DNA of 64,000 nt from Octopus sinensis. Its lineage: Eukaryota. The notes beneath the pieces are model-generated. The model was not told the origin of the DNA, did no database searches, and was given only the letters and a program-made list of their open reading frames with translations. Numbering within the stretch: the stretch's first letter is position 1; every line of letters begins with the position of its first letter. The position numbers and the translations under genes are program-made. The DNA is taken from contig NC_042997.1 of NCBI RefSeq assembly GCF_006345805.1, positions 100,564,001 to 100,628,000 on the forward strand, in the 5' to 3' direction. This document shows positions 24,431-37,514 of this stretch, piece after piece.

Positions 24431-25039
24431 GATGATGATTCTGACATTCTCATCATCATTTAATGTCCAGAGGTTGGATGGTTTGACAGAAGTTGTCTAG
24501 CTGGGGAGCTGTCCAAACTCTAAATTGTCTGTTGTAGTATGGGTTCTATAGCTGGATGCCTTCCTAATATCAAAAACTTTACAGAGTGTACTGGCTGCAT
24601 TTTACATGGTATTAACAAGGACAAGCTGTATATGTATGGATGATAGCAATTTTACTTGGCATGCAATCCACTACACTTATGATAAATGTTTATAATACAT
24701 GCACAAGGCCTGAAATTTGAGAAAAGGGGACAGTTGATTACACCAATCCTGCACTTGACTGGTACCTTATTTTATCTACCCCAAAAGGAAAAGAGGCAAA
24801 GCTGATTTTGATAAGATTTGAATTCAGAACTAGAACAAATACTGTAAAGTATTTGGTTTAAAACTCTAATGATTGAATCAAATAATTTCTAACACGGGAG
24901 CTGAAAAATGTTAGCAGCAGTATAAAAGATGGGATGTCACAGTGGGAGTTTACATTAAACTGTATTAGAAGACAACAACAATAAAACTATAAAATTACAA
25001 ATACAGAAAAGCCATCTAGAGCCAATCAAAGGTTCCCAC

Positions 25040-25620
25040 AGATCCAGGATTACCCTGACCACCAAGGGAAAATGCTTTCCCTCAGTTGTCATTCATCAGA
25101 AGGTCCATTTACTCAACTATGTTCAACACAGTTAATTAGCTTTGAGCAAATTTATGAGGGGATAACACCCCATTCTCTAATGAAACTTGGAATAGTTGAG
25201 GACTTGGACAAAAATGAAAGTATCCTTTCACTCACTTTCATCACACAACTTCTTTTACAAGTGGAAAGCAAAGGAAAACTGTGTATCCTTCTTGGTCAAA
25301 AGACAGCAGTTGATTTTTACAATGGATCCACCCTAAAAAAGATTACAGTTGTTACACAAAACAATTAAACCACTCTTTGCATATCTCCAACAGATCCAAC
25401 TGACAATGCTTCTGTACTTATAGAATGCTGTTCCTGAAGTATCACTGCCAGGAAGTTGTCCTTAGACCTTGGGCAGAAAACTTTTTGGAAGAGACTATTT
25501 CTTGTCAACACCCAGAATTTCCTTGAAGATATCAGTCTTCTGTTCTTTATAAAATGTGGACATGTAAGTTCCATCTACTCCTTGCCCAACAAAGTAAAGG
25601 GCTGTGAGAACCGGATGACA
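25040..25620 (+). mobile_element. Possible Penelope-like element remnant
   Basis: Weak similarity only. LQVESKGKLCI/LVKRQ resembles FT.EVE..GKLPFLDVLVKR, and QSSVLYK..C resembles the GIY-YIG start. Heavily disrupted. Confidence 0.25.
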
Positions 25621-26354
25621 TTTTAGTTACTACATACATGTCTTGATTTTCACTTCACCCAGGACTGCAGGTCAATCAATAAGACAAGATGCAAGATGAT
25701 GATAATAATATTAATAATGGTTTCAAATTTTGGCACAGAACCTGCAATTCCGAGGGAGGAGTGAAGTCAATTACATCAACCCCAGTGCTCAACAGGTATT
25801 TATTTTATCAACCCCAAAAGGATGAAAGGCAAAGTCAACCTCAGATAATAATAATAATAATAATAATAACAACAGGATATCCCATAGCTAAAGGACCAAA
25901 ATTTAAAAAATTTTACCCAAACAATTGGGTATTCTGTAGTTTTGATTCTGAAATAGAAAATTCAAAATGGGTAATAAAATGTCTGAATCTTGCACACATG
26001 CAAGGATCTACATGCACACATATGCAAAAAACATCTTTCTAAAAGTGTTCCGACCATGACCAAGCTGTCTTTTAAAACGAAAAACTCTCTTATCTCTCAG
26101 GCTACTATTAAAAAAAAAAAAAAAACAAACTTGGATAACAGTCCAGGTTATATGCTGCCTAGAAAATAGGATAATTATGGGTGAAGTGCTTTTCATCATA
26201 GGTCTGTTGGATCAGAACTGGCTTGGAGCTAAACAACAATAAATGGTGATAGATTCTTATACGTGTATGCTGTGCAACATGCTAAAAACGGTGGCTACAT
26301 TCTTTGTCAATATATATGTTTTGTAGTTAAAATCTATAGAAATCTTTTAGCTTT

Positions 26355-26690
26355 TACTTGTTTCAGTCATTGGACTGCTTCCATGTTGGAGTAACCCCAG
26401 TCTTATTTTTAAGTCTGGTACTTATCCTATCTGAACTACTGAGTTATGGGGATATAAACAAACCAGCACTGGCTGTCAAGTGTGTGTGTGTGTGTGGAGG
26501 GGGTGCAAACATAAACAAGATGGGTTTTCCACACAGTTTCTGTTTACCAAATTTACTCACGAAGCATTGGTTAATCTGGGGCTATAGCAGAAGGTACTTG
26601 CCCAAAGTACTGGGCAGTGGAACTGAACCCAAAACCATGTGGTTGCAAGGTGAGCTTCTTTCTTAACCTCACAGCCATGCTTGTACCTAC
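26355..26690 (-). mobile_element. SINE family A, near full length
   Basis: TTTTACTTGTTTCAGTCATT at the left end and a tRNA-like head at the right end. Colinear with 10942-11308. Confidence 0.8.
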
Positions 26691-29600
26691 TGAAATGTAA
26701 TGTAAATATTATTTTAAACAAGAGTTAAAAAAATAAGAGAGAGGATGGTCATGGGTGGAGTGCTTCTGATTGAGGATTGGCAAGATCAGAGCTGATTGCA
26801 ATGAAACAACTAGCAACAGACTCATCATCGCAGCCAATGATGAATCCTCTATGTGGTCACTAGATCTAGAAAAAGCAGTAGCTAAACTTTTTTCTGAAAT
26901 GGCTTTTGTTGTGTCTGGGGTAAGTCATACAACCTGGATCTTTTCAATCTGACCCTACTACCTTAATATCTAACACACACAGCGGTTCAATTTTCACTCA
27001 TATATTATTATTTTTTCTATTTGTGTCTTCCAAAAGTTTTCGTTGCTTTTGCAACATTGTCAATGGATCTCCGTTGTTGGAGCTGCGTTTCTTTTGTCTG
27101 AGATTCTGTGGCGTACGTGTGTGCGCTTGTGTATGCACATATGTATATGTGTATGTATTCTGCATATTCATGTGTGTGCGTACTTGTGTATGTATGTGCG
27201 TGTACTTCTGCTTCCCTGAGTGTGTGTGATTATGTACGTGCGTCTCCATATGTGTCTGTGTGTATGCGCGTGTGTATATATGGGCATTAAAAGCTGGCCT
27301 AGGGCTTATCAAAAAAACAAATGCAATACAGTGATTTATTAAAATCCAAAGATCTATTACCTAAGAGGATCTTGTTGCTACTTGTTATTGTTATTTAACC
27401 CCAAGTCACCGCTTATCCAGCAGACCTGTGTATGATCAAAGGCATTCCACTCATGACCATCCTATCTTTTGGTATTTTTTCCGTTAAGGGTATTAGTTTC
27501 AAACATACCTGTTGTATCTTAAAATAATGTTTGTTTTTTCAATATCTCCATGGATTAACTTAACGGAATTTATATAGTGACAAGGAATGTAGCAAGAAGC
27601 AGCACAACATCATACATGCTTATAGAATTAATTACACGTGCCTGTCGCTGGTTGTTGTCTAGCCTTTAGCCTCAGGTTAGCTTTGATTCAACAGACCTGT
27701 AATCTTTTTATTTTCATGCAGTATATCCCAGACAACATTGTCCAAGAGTTTTTTTTTGTTTTTTTTTTAAATAGTAGAGTGTGAGATTCGAGCTTCGAAA
27801 ATGGTCACGAGATAGTCATGAATGGAAAGTAAAAAAAAAAAAAAAAAAAAAAAAGACGACTGCTGAGCACGGTTGGGATATTTTTAAAAAGACAGGATCA
27901 TGATTGGAATCCTTTTAAAAGACGGAATGTTCACGGCTGGAACGTCTTGAGAAAGACGCATATTTTGGAGCATCTGCAAACATATTTGTGTATGTGGTCA
28001 TAAATGTACACAAGAATAAAATCAGAGCTTTTATTTCCAATTTTTAAAAATGTTCTATTTTGCAACCTAGACTGTAATGAATAACAACAATAATAATGGA
28101 TGAAGATGTTAGCAGCAGTAGTTATTTTGACTGACCCAGAAGGAAGACAAGTCGAGCTAGATGGAATTTCACATCATTTTGTCAATCATTCTACCTATTA
28201 CTGCTAATAACAACAAGAAATCATAATTAACAATTATAAATTAAATAAATGATGGCATGACGAGGCAGTTATATCAAAGCAATCATAACCAAAACAATGA
28301 ATCCTAATGATAAGTAATGTTTCGAATAACAACAAGTCTGTTAGAATCCGAAATACGTAGTTGCACAAGAGTCAGACGAATGAAATGAACCGAAACGAAT
28401 TGCGATTGTGCAATATATACGAAAATGATTTTAAGTTCTGAGTCAAGGTTAAAAATAAATCTCAAAAAGTGAATTAGAATTAAAAACGAGTTTAAATATT
28501 GATATAAGAAGCCCAAGCGTTTAACTGAGTGAAGAACATTCAAATTTCACCAAGCACCTGTTTTTCGTTTATCCAGTTTACATTTAATTTACAAAAAAAA
28601 AAAAGATTTTTACAGCTTTAAAATTCTAGCTCAATAATTTCAAGTATTAACGATTAAGCACTGTTAAATATGTAACAAAATATGTCTTTATAGAATGTTA
28701 AACGCTGCTTCATTTGTGTTGCAACCTATTTCCAATTTACCATACCGTATTGCTAACATAAATAAATGGTGCCAACAGCGAAAGTGACTTATACATTGAA
28801 CTATTTACCAACAAATCCAAAGCACATGTGATTAAAAAAAACTGAAAAAAGAATATTGTCATTTTGTTAATAAACTAGACAGAAACCAACCCCAAAATTG
28901 GTTAAAGGAATCATTTGAAAATTATATAAAGTTAGATGTTCGAATTTTATATATGATAATTTTTCGATATATATGTCTGACAGAATAATGATTCTAAATC
29001 ACCTGAGAATAAAAAGTCTTAAAAAATTAGGAAATTAAAGAGACAATTTTATGCTTATTAACTGAAAATTGGAAGAAAACATTTCACTATTTTCCAAACG
29101 AAATCTATGTAAATTTGAGTGGTATATTTTGTACTATCATTTTGAATGTTATAGATAACGTACCTAAATCAAGAACGGCAGTATTCTGTCAATGGAAATA
29201 TTTATCATCAACGTGATCGCCAATTTTTTTACATCAACGTTTGCAATGGAATCATCAAAACACAAAATCTATAGAAATAGACACGTGCAATAAAATAACA
29301 TTGTCTGAGTCTACCCAGCAACAACAGTGGAGACCGAATGAAGCAAAGTCCGAGCTTTCAAATGTTTATTGAAAGAACAGTTCATAAGTTTAAGAAACAT
29401 GAAGATCACCAAATACACACCTCACATAAACGGCATCATGTAGAATATATGCATATGAAGTTCATAATAGAAATGTAATCAGTGTTTTTAGCAGAAACAT
29501 AACCTACACCTGTTTAGTTAAAAACTCGTAATGCAAACGAACTTTTTTTTTTTTTTGTGTGTGTATAGGAAAAATTGGACAGACATTTATCTACATAAAA

Positions 29601-30603
29601 CTCCTATAAACAAGCGAGTCTCTATTTAGTCGTTCGACAGGTCAAACGTTCAAATTATACCCTTGTACCCTTAAAGGGGAAAGATACATTGGAGAATGTG
29701 TAATATGGATACACGCTGATAAAAAGACGAGATGGTCACCACCTATAATGCATTTGATCATAGGTCAGCGCAATAAGGAGAGACATGGATTAAACAACGT
29801 TTACAGACACTATATATGTATGGTTATATATATAAACATATACATATATACACTTTCAGAACAGCAGTCTAGGGACAATTGTTGAAAATACACGTGTAGA
29901 CATATTTTAACATATACAATTTCATAAAGCATTTCAAACATAATACAACGAAGGTATAGCAAAATTAATAAACTTGATGTATATAATGCAAAAAATCAAT
30001 TATAGTACCAGGTGCCGATTCACGGCTATTTGATCGGGCCTTTTTTTTCCCCATCGTTAAGTTCCAAATGTCGATAAATTTCACTGCGGGCACATGGTGA
30101 GAAAACAGATGACGTCATAAAAAAAGGATCGATTGAATATTATCAAATAAATGAATACATTAAAAAAAATGTTTTCAATAATTTAAAATTAAATTCTAAA
30201 AATAAAATTGTAATAATTTATTAATTATAATAATATGTCAAATTAGAATTTTGATAACCATCATATGAAATTAGCTACGAAACGATTATTCTCCATAACA
30301 CGTATTTAAATACATACGAATGCATCAATGTGTATGTCTACATACGTATTATATTCGAAATAAAATTATATTATTTTATTAGTAGGTTATTAAAGGCTGA
30401 AAAAGATATATTACTTTATTCCTCATATGTTTTAATAATTTGGAGATTATTTATATACAGAAAGAAAAAAAAAACAGACGAAGCATTTATGTTTGTTTTG
30501 AAGAAATACCACGCATATGATTGATGTTAATTTCAACCAATAACTGAGCACATCTTGAATGGGAGAGAGGTGGAGGAGGAGCCCACTTGTATAGGAATGC
30601 AAA

Positions 30604-31160
30604 AGGCAGTCCTACATAAGTACGCCTCACTGGATTTGTTCTCATAATTTTTGAAAGAATGGATATTTCTTAATTAATTTACAAATACCTTTCACACTGC
30701 ATAGATTACGGTTATAAAGGTATTTGTGGTAAACATATTGTTCGAAGGGAGAAAATAGAGGATTTTCTTATAATTCATATGAGTAACTTCGTTTACTCGA
30801 AACTTTCGGAAAAATAGTTATTTTTGGATGAAATTTTCGACAAATACTTTTCAGGTGTAGGTTACAATTATATTGAAATTCAATGCGGGAAAAAAAAATG
30901 TTGGGTTTGCACACATACATACAGACATGCATAGTTATTTTAAAATTTCAAGTTACATTTTGTAGATATGTTATGCGTATCAGTATTCATGAGTGCTCAA
31001 CAAACAATTTTTTTTTCACATTAAATTCCGATATAATAATATAAATAATCTACACCGTCTGAAAAGTATTTGTAGAAAATCTAATAATAAAAAAAATCCA
31101 TTTTTCAGAAAGTTATGAAGAAACAAAATCGGGGTGGGGCACTCTTGTATAGGTATGCCT
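30604..31160. mobile_element. TIR-bounded non-autonomous DNA element, family unassigned
   Basis: Left end AGGCAGTCCTACATAAGTACGCCTCACTGGATTTG resembles the reverse complement of the right end CAAAATCGGGGTGGGGCACTCTTGTATAGGTATGCCT. Confidence 0.55.
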
Positions 31161-32401
31161 AATATAAAATATCTTACTAGGGATAACTTCAAAAGTTTTG
31201 TAGCGTGGTTATCTATAAATTCATTAGTAGTCTAGCATGTTTCGTGTCGTGTCATTCTTCAAATCCACAAATATCATCTTGTATAATGAATATTAGATTT
31301 TTATTTTATATCTGTATAGTTTTAAATTTTAGCTTCATTAAAGTGCTTATACTTCAGTGTTAAATGAATATGTTTACCAAATCTTGCACTGTGATTTATC
31401 AATTTAATATGTACGCACTTAAAACGAAAAGATTCTGATTTAATTGGTGCAAATAATTCATGAAATTCATTGCAAACAAACAGCAAACACTGTTATACTT
31501 TTGGGGGGTTTTTTAAGCTCAAATGAAGCATGTTAATGATGATCCACTTTTCGTATTATTTATCTTTTAATAATTTGGTAACCGTAACGCTATCGCTTGC
31601 AGGCATTCAACTGTTACACATTTCTTTTTCATTTCAGCAAAATGATGCCGATTTTTCGTTTTACTTCACTCCACATAACAACGTAAACATCTGTCTGTCT
31701 CTCTCTGCAATAGGGTTGTGCATACTAAATGCAAATATGGAATGAGTCTCACATATGAAATATAGTCAGTTGAAGAACTTTGAATAACTGAGATTACCCA
31801 CGCAATTAAAATTAAAAGATCCCCTCTTGGGATACTTAAGTTAAAGCTACGAACAAAGGAGATAACTCCGATCAGGTCAATTCATTAAATTTTTTGGAAG
31901 ATATAGAATATAGAAAATGTAGAACAGGAGGACTCTGGTCTTCAAAATTTTAGGCAAAAGCAACGGACATGTTTCAGTCAAATTTCAAGGAGGCTATTCT
32001 ACTTAACAAGACTATGAGTCACTAAAATACATAGAAAAGGGGATCCTCTTCTATACTGCATTTTCTATATTTTCAAAAATTTTCAATAACTTGATTATAT
32101 TTGAGTTGTCAATTTTAAAATTATATTTGCTTGGCATTTTTTGTTGAGTTGCTATATGGTTATTCACATAGAAAAGAGGGTGAGAATTACAAGGTAGAGC
32201 TGGAAAGAAAGATAAAATAATTGTGTTAATGAGGTATCAGTGTCTACTCTCAAGGTACAAAGTGAATATAAGTAAGACAGTAGAACAGAGTGTGGGTGGG
32301 TAGTATTTACAAGACTACATTGGGACAGTAAAGGATGGTTAGAGATGGCAAAGGGGTGAGTATCTGAATGAAGAACAAGAAGTTGCAGGATGATAAATAT
32401 A

Positions 32402-33113
32402 TGAAGGACAGTCAAAAATTATATGCACTTTTGTTTTTTCAATGTATTTAGACAAATGCAGGGGATAAACAAGTACATCATATAGTCTCCTTCCTTTTTG
32501 ATGTACTTGGTCCAGCAGTCCACAAGCTTGTGTATTCCCTTCAAGAAGAAGGTTTTCGGTTGGTTGTGCAACCATTTAGCAATCATTTATACACTTCCTC
32601 CTTCACATCATCCGTTGGAAATCAACGACCTTGTAAACCATCTTTGAACAGTTCAAAGATATGATAGTCAGAAAGGGCGAGACCTGAGCTGTAGGTAGGG
32701 TGTTCTAGCACCTCAAAACCCAATTGGTTAATGGTTTCAACGGCCTAGGCAGTCATGTGTGGGCATGCATTGTCATGCAACAACAAAACTTTCTTCGACA
32801 ATAGACTTTGGCATTTGGTGCAAATCACTGGTTTCAGTTTGTTGGCCAACAAAGCACTGTATCTTGTATTGTTGATCGTACACCCCTTTTCCAGATAAAT
32901 CAGATCAGTGCTCTTTGTTCTTCTTTGGTGCACATTGCAAGAGGAGCAGCCATGCTTACAATGTAAAGCCAGAAAGAAAAATGGCATGTCAGGCTCAAAC
33001 TTTGATCATATGACCACAATAGTACCAACTATAAGCATGCATGCGCAGAAGGCAGTGTGACAATAATAAAGATGTGCTATGGCAAAAGTGTGGATAATTT
33101 TGACTTCCCCTTG
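32402..33113 (-). mobile_element. Internally deleted mariner (DD34D-type) element
   Basis: TA TSDs and ~28-bp TIRs (CAAGGGGAAGTCAAAATTATCCACAC). The start MAAPLAMCTKEEQRALI is fused to EKGCTINNTRYSALLANKLKPVICTKCQSLLSKKVLLLHDNACPH, with a downstream degenerate PYSPDLAP region. Confidence 0.88.
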
Positions 33114-33695
33114 TATGATTGTGGGAAGAGTAGATGATGATTGTAGTGGCTTAATAGGGCTGAAGCATGGAGGTAGTGAGTGATAAACAAAAAGTGGGGA
33201 ATAATTAATGTTACAGATGAGTTGGGGGGAAGAAGGCGAGAGTAGGTGATGTATGTGGTGAAGAGTAGCACTAATGACACAGTAGACAGGGGAAAGATGT
33301 GAGAAAGAGAAATGACATCTGGGTAAGCAGGTTGTAAGAAAGTGAAAGGAGAGGCAGGTGTAGTGTATGGAGAGAACAAGGGTGTATAATAGTGGAAGAG
33401 GAGAGATAATTTGGTAGTATAGAAAGATGGTCAATGTAAAAATGTGGGTAGAGAGAGATAATATTAAGAATAAAGGATATCAAGTGAAGTGTTTTTGAGC
33501 AGTGAGAAAGATAGGTGGTATTAGAGAAACAAAAATGATGAAATATGCAGTTCTGTTCACATTTAATTACAGCTACAAAATACTGCAGGTAGCCAGGTGA
33601 TGAAAGGGTGCAAGATAAATGATGAGTGATAGGAATGGCATATGAAGGCTTTGTTGTGTTTGTATTTGTGTGTGTGTGTGTGAATATATATATAT

Positions 33696-34378
33696 TGAAG
33701 ATCTACCAGGCATGTGTACTTAGCACTCTACTGTATGGAAGTGAGACTTGGACGCCATACACATGCCAAGAGCGTCGCCTAAACATCTTTCACCCGCGCT
33801 GCCTCCGGAAAATCCTTCGCATCAAATGGCAGAATCATGTTCCCTACAAAGATGTCCTCAGGCAAGCAGGAATACCAAGCATGTTTGCACTCCTCACACA
33901 AAGACGTATGAGATGGCTTGGGCATGTGAGCCATATGAAAGATGGCAGAATCCCCAAGGACATACTCTACGGAGAGCTTGCTAGGGGTACTAGGTCTGTG
34001 GGAAGACCGTTCCTACATTACAAAGATGTTTGCAAAAGGGACATGAAGGCCTGCAACATCAATATTAGCAATTGGGAGGCAGTTGCCAGCAACCGTGGAG
34101 ATTGGCGACGTACCGTAAAAGAGGGAATACAAAAGAGTGACAGAGAGAGAGAGGAGAAATGGAAAGACAATAAAAGACATCAACAAGAAACTATGACATT
34201 ACAACCAGCCAGGAACAGTCTTTGCTACATTTGCGGCACCTGCCAGATGGAGTGTTTGTCCAGGATAGGACTAAACAGCCACAGCAGGAAATGTATTAGG
34301 ACATGAAATGTAAAAGCTGGACTAGATTATTTTATGCGCAACTCCATTGTCTCCCGAAACAAAAAGGATGTCAACAAT
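33696..34378 (+). mobile_element. 5'-truncated RTE-clade LINE with an uninterrupted ~200-codon ORF C-terminus
   Basis: KIYQACVLSTLLYGSETWT...LRKILRIKWQ...QRRMRWLGHVSHMKDGRIPKDILYGEL..G.R..GRP...YKD.CKRDMK, ending in a C2H2 motif (CGTC...GLNSHSRKC*). RTE-type 3' end CTCCATTGTCTCCCGAAACAAAAAGGATGTCAAC. Confidence 0.93.
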
Positions 34379-35749
34379 ATATATATATGTGCATATTGTG
34401 CTTTAAGAACTTTAGTTTCAATGGGATGGGTATGTCTTATCAAGTACTGCATGTTGTTCACTGAGCTCAGCCTTCACTACTTTGTTGTGTGTCTTCCTGG
34501 GTCTCTATCTTACACAAGTTCCATCATGTTAAGTGATCAGCATTTCTTTATACAGCTGTCCTTATCCATATGCATCAAATGTCCATACCAGTGCAGATTT
34601 CTATCCACTAGCATTGCTACAGTGTGTACTGCCAATGGCAGCCCTTCAGTTTGCCGTGTCCAGACTCCCACATAAAATACAAATTACCTACAGCAAATCC
34701 AAAAGTGATGCCACCCTATAAATGTACCTCCCGGTGTGTACTGTCCTTTCTAGCTATGCTATTGTTTCTATCTTGAATACCACATCCTTTCTGGCCTCCT
34801 CTTTCATACTTTAACCTCTCATCTCCTAGCATAAAGTCATCTCCTTCTTTACTGTAGCCCTATTCAGTTAAAAGGGATCTTAGTCTTGCATGCTGTTTGG
34901 CAACCTCATTAATGCTGGTCCCACAAAACAAGCACTGAGTATACTCTGTAAAGCGAATGATATTAGAAAGGGCATCCAGCTATAAGAATCATGCAAATGA
35001 AGACATTTGAGTACAATGCAGTCCTTCGCCCTTGTTGGATCTTCTCAAACCATTCAACCCATGCCAGTAGGAAAGATGGGTGCTAAATAATGAATATGAT
35101 GATTGTTGAAGAAATCCTTCTTAGCCTTAATTTGAAAATGGTTCAGAAAGGTTCTTCAACAATATACACTTAACTCGCTAAATCTTTTATTGAGAATAAA
35201 CCATATTTTAGAAAAAGTTTCTCAAGTGGAATAAATTATTTTGCTATGAGGAAAAGAAGATTAACTTTTTGGTTAGAAACCCTTATTGGTGATCAAGATC
35301 TTTCTGAAACATTAGCCTTCTATTACTCATGGCAAAATAATTTATTCCACTTTGCAAACTTTTGGTACTTGAATTTTATTAACACAAACTATCACTAGTT
35401 TTCTAGTATTCCAGTGTGTCACTTAGCATCTCACAAACTTTTTTTTTTCATTTTATTTACTAAAGGGTATTGTGTTGGCAGAGTATACCAGTTTCATTCC
35501 TCTCTAGTCTTCGCATATCCTCTGGATTCAGGGTTCATATCTCATTACCATGTAGCATTGCAATTTGTACACATGCATCATACAATCTTCCTTTCACTTG
35601 GAGAGAGAGAGAGATCCTTGGTAGCCAACAGAAGTGAAAGCTCTCTGAACTTTCTCCCTCCTATTCTTAATCTAGCAATTACACTTTCTGTACAACCTCC
35701 TCCACTGCTAGAGAACCTCTGTAACATTTGAGGAAATTAGTTTCCTGTG

Positions 35750-36260
35750 CATGTAGTCTTTATGGCTCTTGTACATCTTCCACATTCAAACTCCTTTCTC
35801 TCATAATCTTCCTACTATTCCACTGCAACTCTTGAGTGTTCATAGCTTGCACTGAGTATGTTGAATGGAATTTTTGCCTACACTCTTCCTACATATTGAA
35901 CAGGGCCATTTACCTGAAGGGTGAAGGGTCTTGTCTGATTTCTTCGTTTCTTGGCTTTGTCTTTGCTAAGTTAACCCTAAGACACTTTGATTCCAGGTTG
36001 TTTCCACACTAGGAATTTATTTTCTAATTTTGTTCTAGATTCTGCTGTGAGGGCCAGATCATCAGCATGTAGTAGTTTCCATAGGATTCCAGTCTTAAAT
36101 TCCTGTTATGGCCTGGATGATGATGATAAACAGGTGGGGGCTGAGGACTGAACCTTGGGGAACACCTACCTGTACACATGGCTAACCCTTCTTACCTTAC
36201 TAACAACACCCCTGTATATGGTCTGTACTGCTTTCACAAGCCATTCGTCCACTCCTAGCT
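35750..36260 (-). mobile_element. Degenerate RTE-clade RT remnant
   Basis: VGVPQGSVLSPHLFIIIIQAIT...GKWPCSICRKSVGKNSI, interrupted by stops. Confidence 0.7.
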
Positions 36261-37319
36261 TCCACGGCGACTACCATATCACAGAGTGAGGTGTGTATAT
36301 ATATGTGTGCGTGTGTGTCCTTGTCTTGACATAGCTTGTTGTAAAATAATTGTCACGGCATATGTGTCATTCATTTCCACTACTCCGTGAGAACAGTTCT
36401 GGTCACAGGTGAGAATTGCTGAAAGGAAAGAAGGGCATCTGGCCATAGAAAATCTACCTTAATAAACTGGATCCAACCCATGCAAGCATGGAAAATTGGG
36501 TGTTAGATACTGCTGCTGATTTTCTTTATTTACATTTGTAATAATATTCTCTTATTCTTTTTCAGCTCTAAGCATGTGGCCTTGCTGGAGCACCACCAGT
36601 ATGGTATATAACTTGAAGGAAGTTTGCTTGGGTGTCTGACAGACATCCATATCACCAAACTTGAGCTTGTGTGTTATCTTGTGTTATAAAACAGTCAGAA
36701 AATATCCAAGTTTTCACTTAAGAGTGTCATTTCAGTTTACGAAAATCTATCCTTGGTTGATAAAGCCTTCTATGAAATTCTAAACCAATAAAAGTAAAAA
36801 ACGCAAATCGTCTAAAATGATCAGCTTTAAATCATCTCCGTAGCTACAACATCAATACATATTTTTTTAGAACAGTCTCTGGGAAGAAGACTCTAAACGA
36901 CTTAAAAATAAACTCTCTTTAGTTTCACAAGGTTTGTAATAAAATGGGCATGTACCAATAACATATCGTTTTTATGAATTCGAGAATAATATGGATAGTT
37001 AATGGGGTTATTGCAACTTAGGGTAATAAAAATATAGAAAATAAATATTCTAGTCGATTAGAACCAAATGGGCAAACTAGAAATTGGGAAAATTTTTCGC
37101 CTTTTATTAATGAAGGGTGCAAGTTTAACGTCAAAAATTGAAAAGATGAAACGCTACTATTTCGTTCCAGTGACACTGCTAAAACGCACAAACAAATCTT
37201 TATATATAAATACACGCACATATATATACATATATATTGCAGCAGTTAGAAAGACATATTAAATTTATTTCACTAACGGAAAAATAATTATCAATAATAA
37301 GACAAAAATGTTTTCTCTT

Positions 37320-37496
37320 ACAACTTCTATTTACATAGTTTCGTTTCGACTTCCGCCAACGACAGCAATTTGGAGTAAAGCCCGCGAAATCTATTCACAT
37401 GGAATTCAGAAAGCACGCCAGCTCATAAGGGTATCGAACCTATCGTGATAACATTTTTTTCTCACTCAAAAGCTTTGTGTTTCCTTAACAAAAAAA
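37320..37496 (+). promoter_or_regulatory. Putative promoter/5' UTR of the CDCA7-like gene
   Basis: CpG-retaining unique sequence directly upstream of the ATG. E2F-type site CCCGCGAAA at 37381-37389 (TTTCGCGGG on minus) and ETS-like GACTTCCGCC near 37338-37347. Motif matches only. Confidence 0.5.
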
Positions 37497-37514
37497 ATGG
37501 CCAAACAAGGACAG
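37497..37514 (+). CDS. CDCA7: Putative first coding exon of the CDCA7-like gene (MAKQGQ)
   Basis: A-rich start context aaaaATGG, 6 codons, then CAG|gtaaag, phase 0, compatible with the exon at 48076. The link across the 10.5-kb intron is inferred. Confidence 0.55.

Noticed and set aside
26998-27312. ORFs rich in H/T/Y/I/C/V (also 15069-15277, 39036-39276, 46201-46434)
   Set aside because: Translation products of (CA)n, (TG)n and (TA)n microsatellites.
27509-27551. Candidate coding first exon of ACL4 (ATG...G|gtatgt, correct phase)
   Set aside because: In-frame TAA at codon 11. Kept only as an alternative hypothesis in the findings.
27509-27600. Kinase-like LIHGDIEKTNII peptide on the minus strand
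   Set aside because: Short, with no other kinase motifs in the correct order nearby. Likely chance.
29164-29268. Exon-like minus-strand segment as an ACL4 coding exon
   Set aside because: The frame needed to join 21857 contains a TGA and has no ATG after it.
33626-34306. 226-aa ORF as a host gene
   Set aside because: It is the C-terminus of an RTE LINE. The first ~23 codons are microsatellite and flank.
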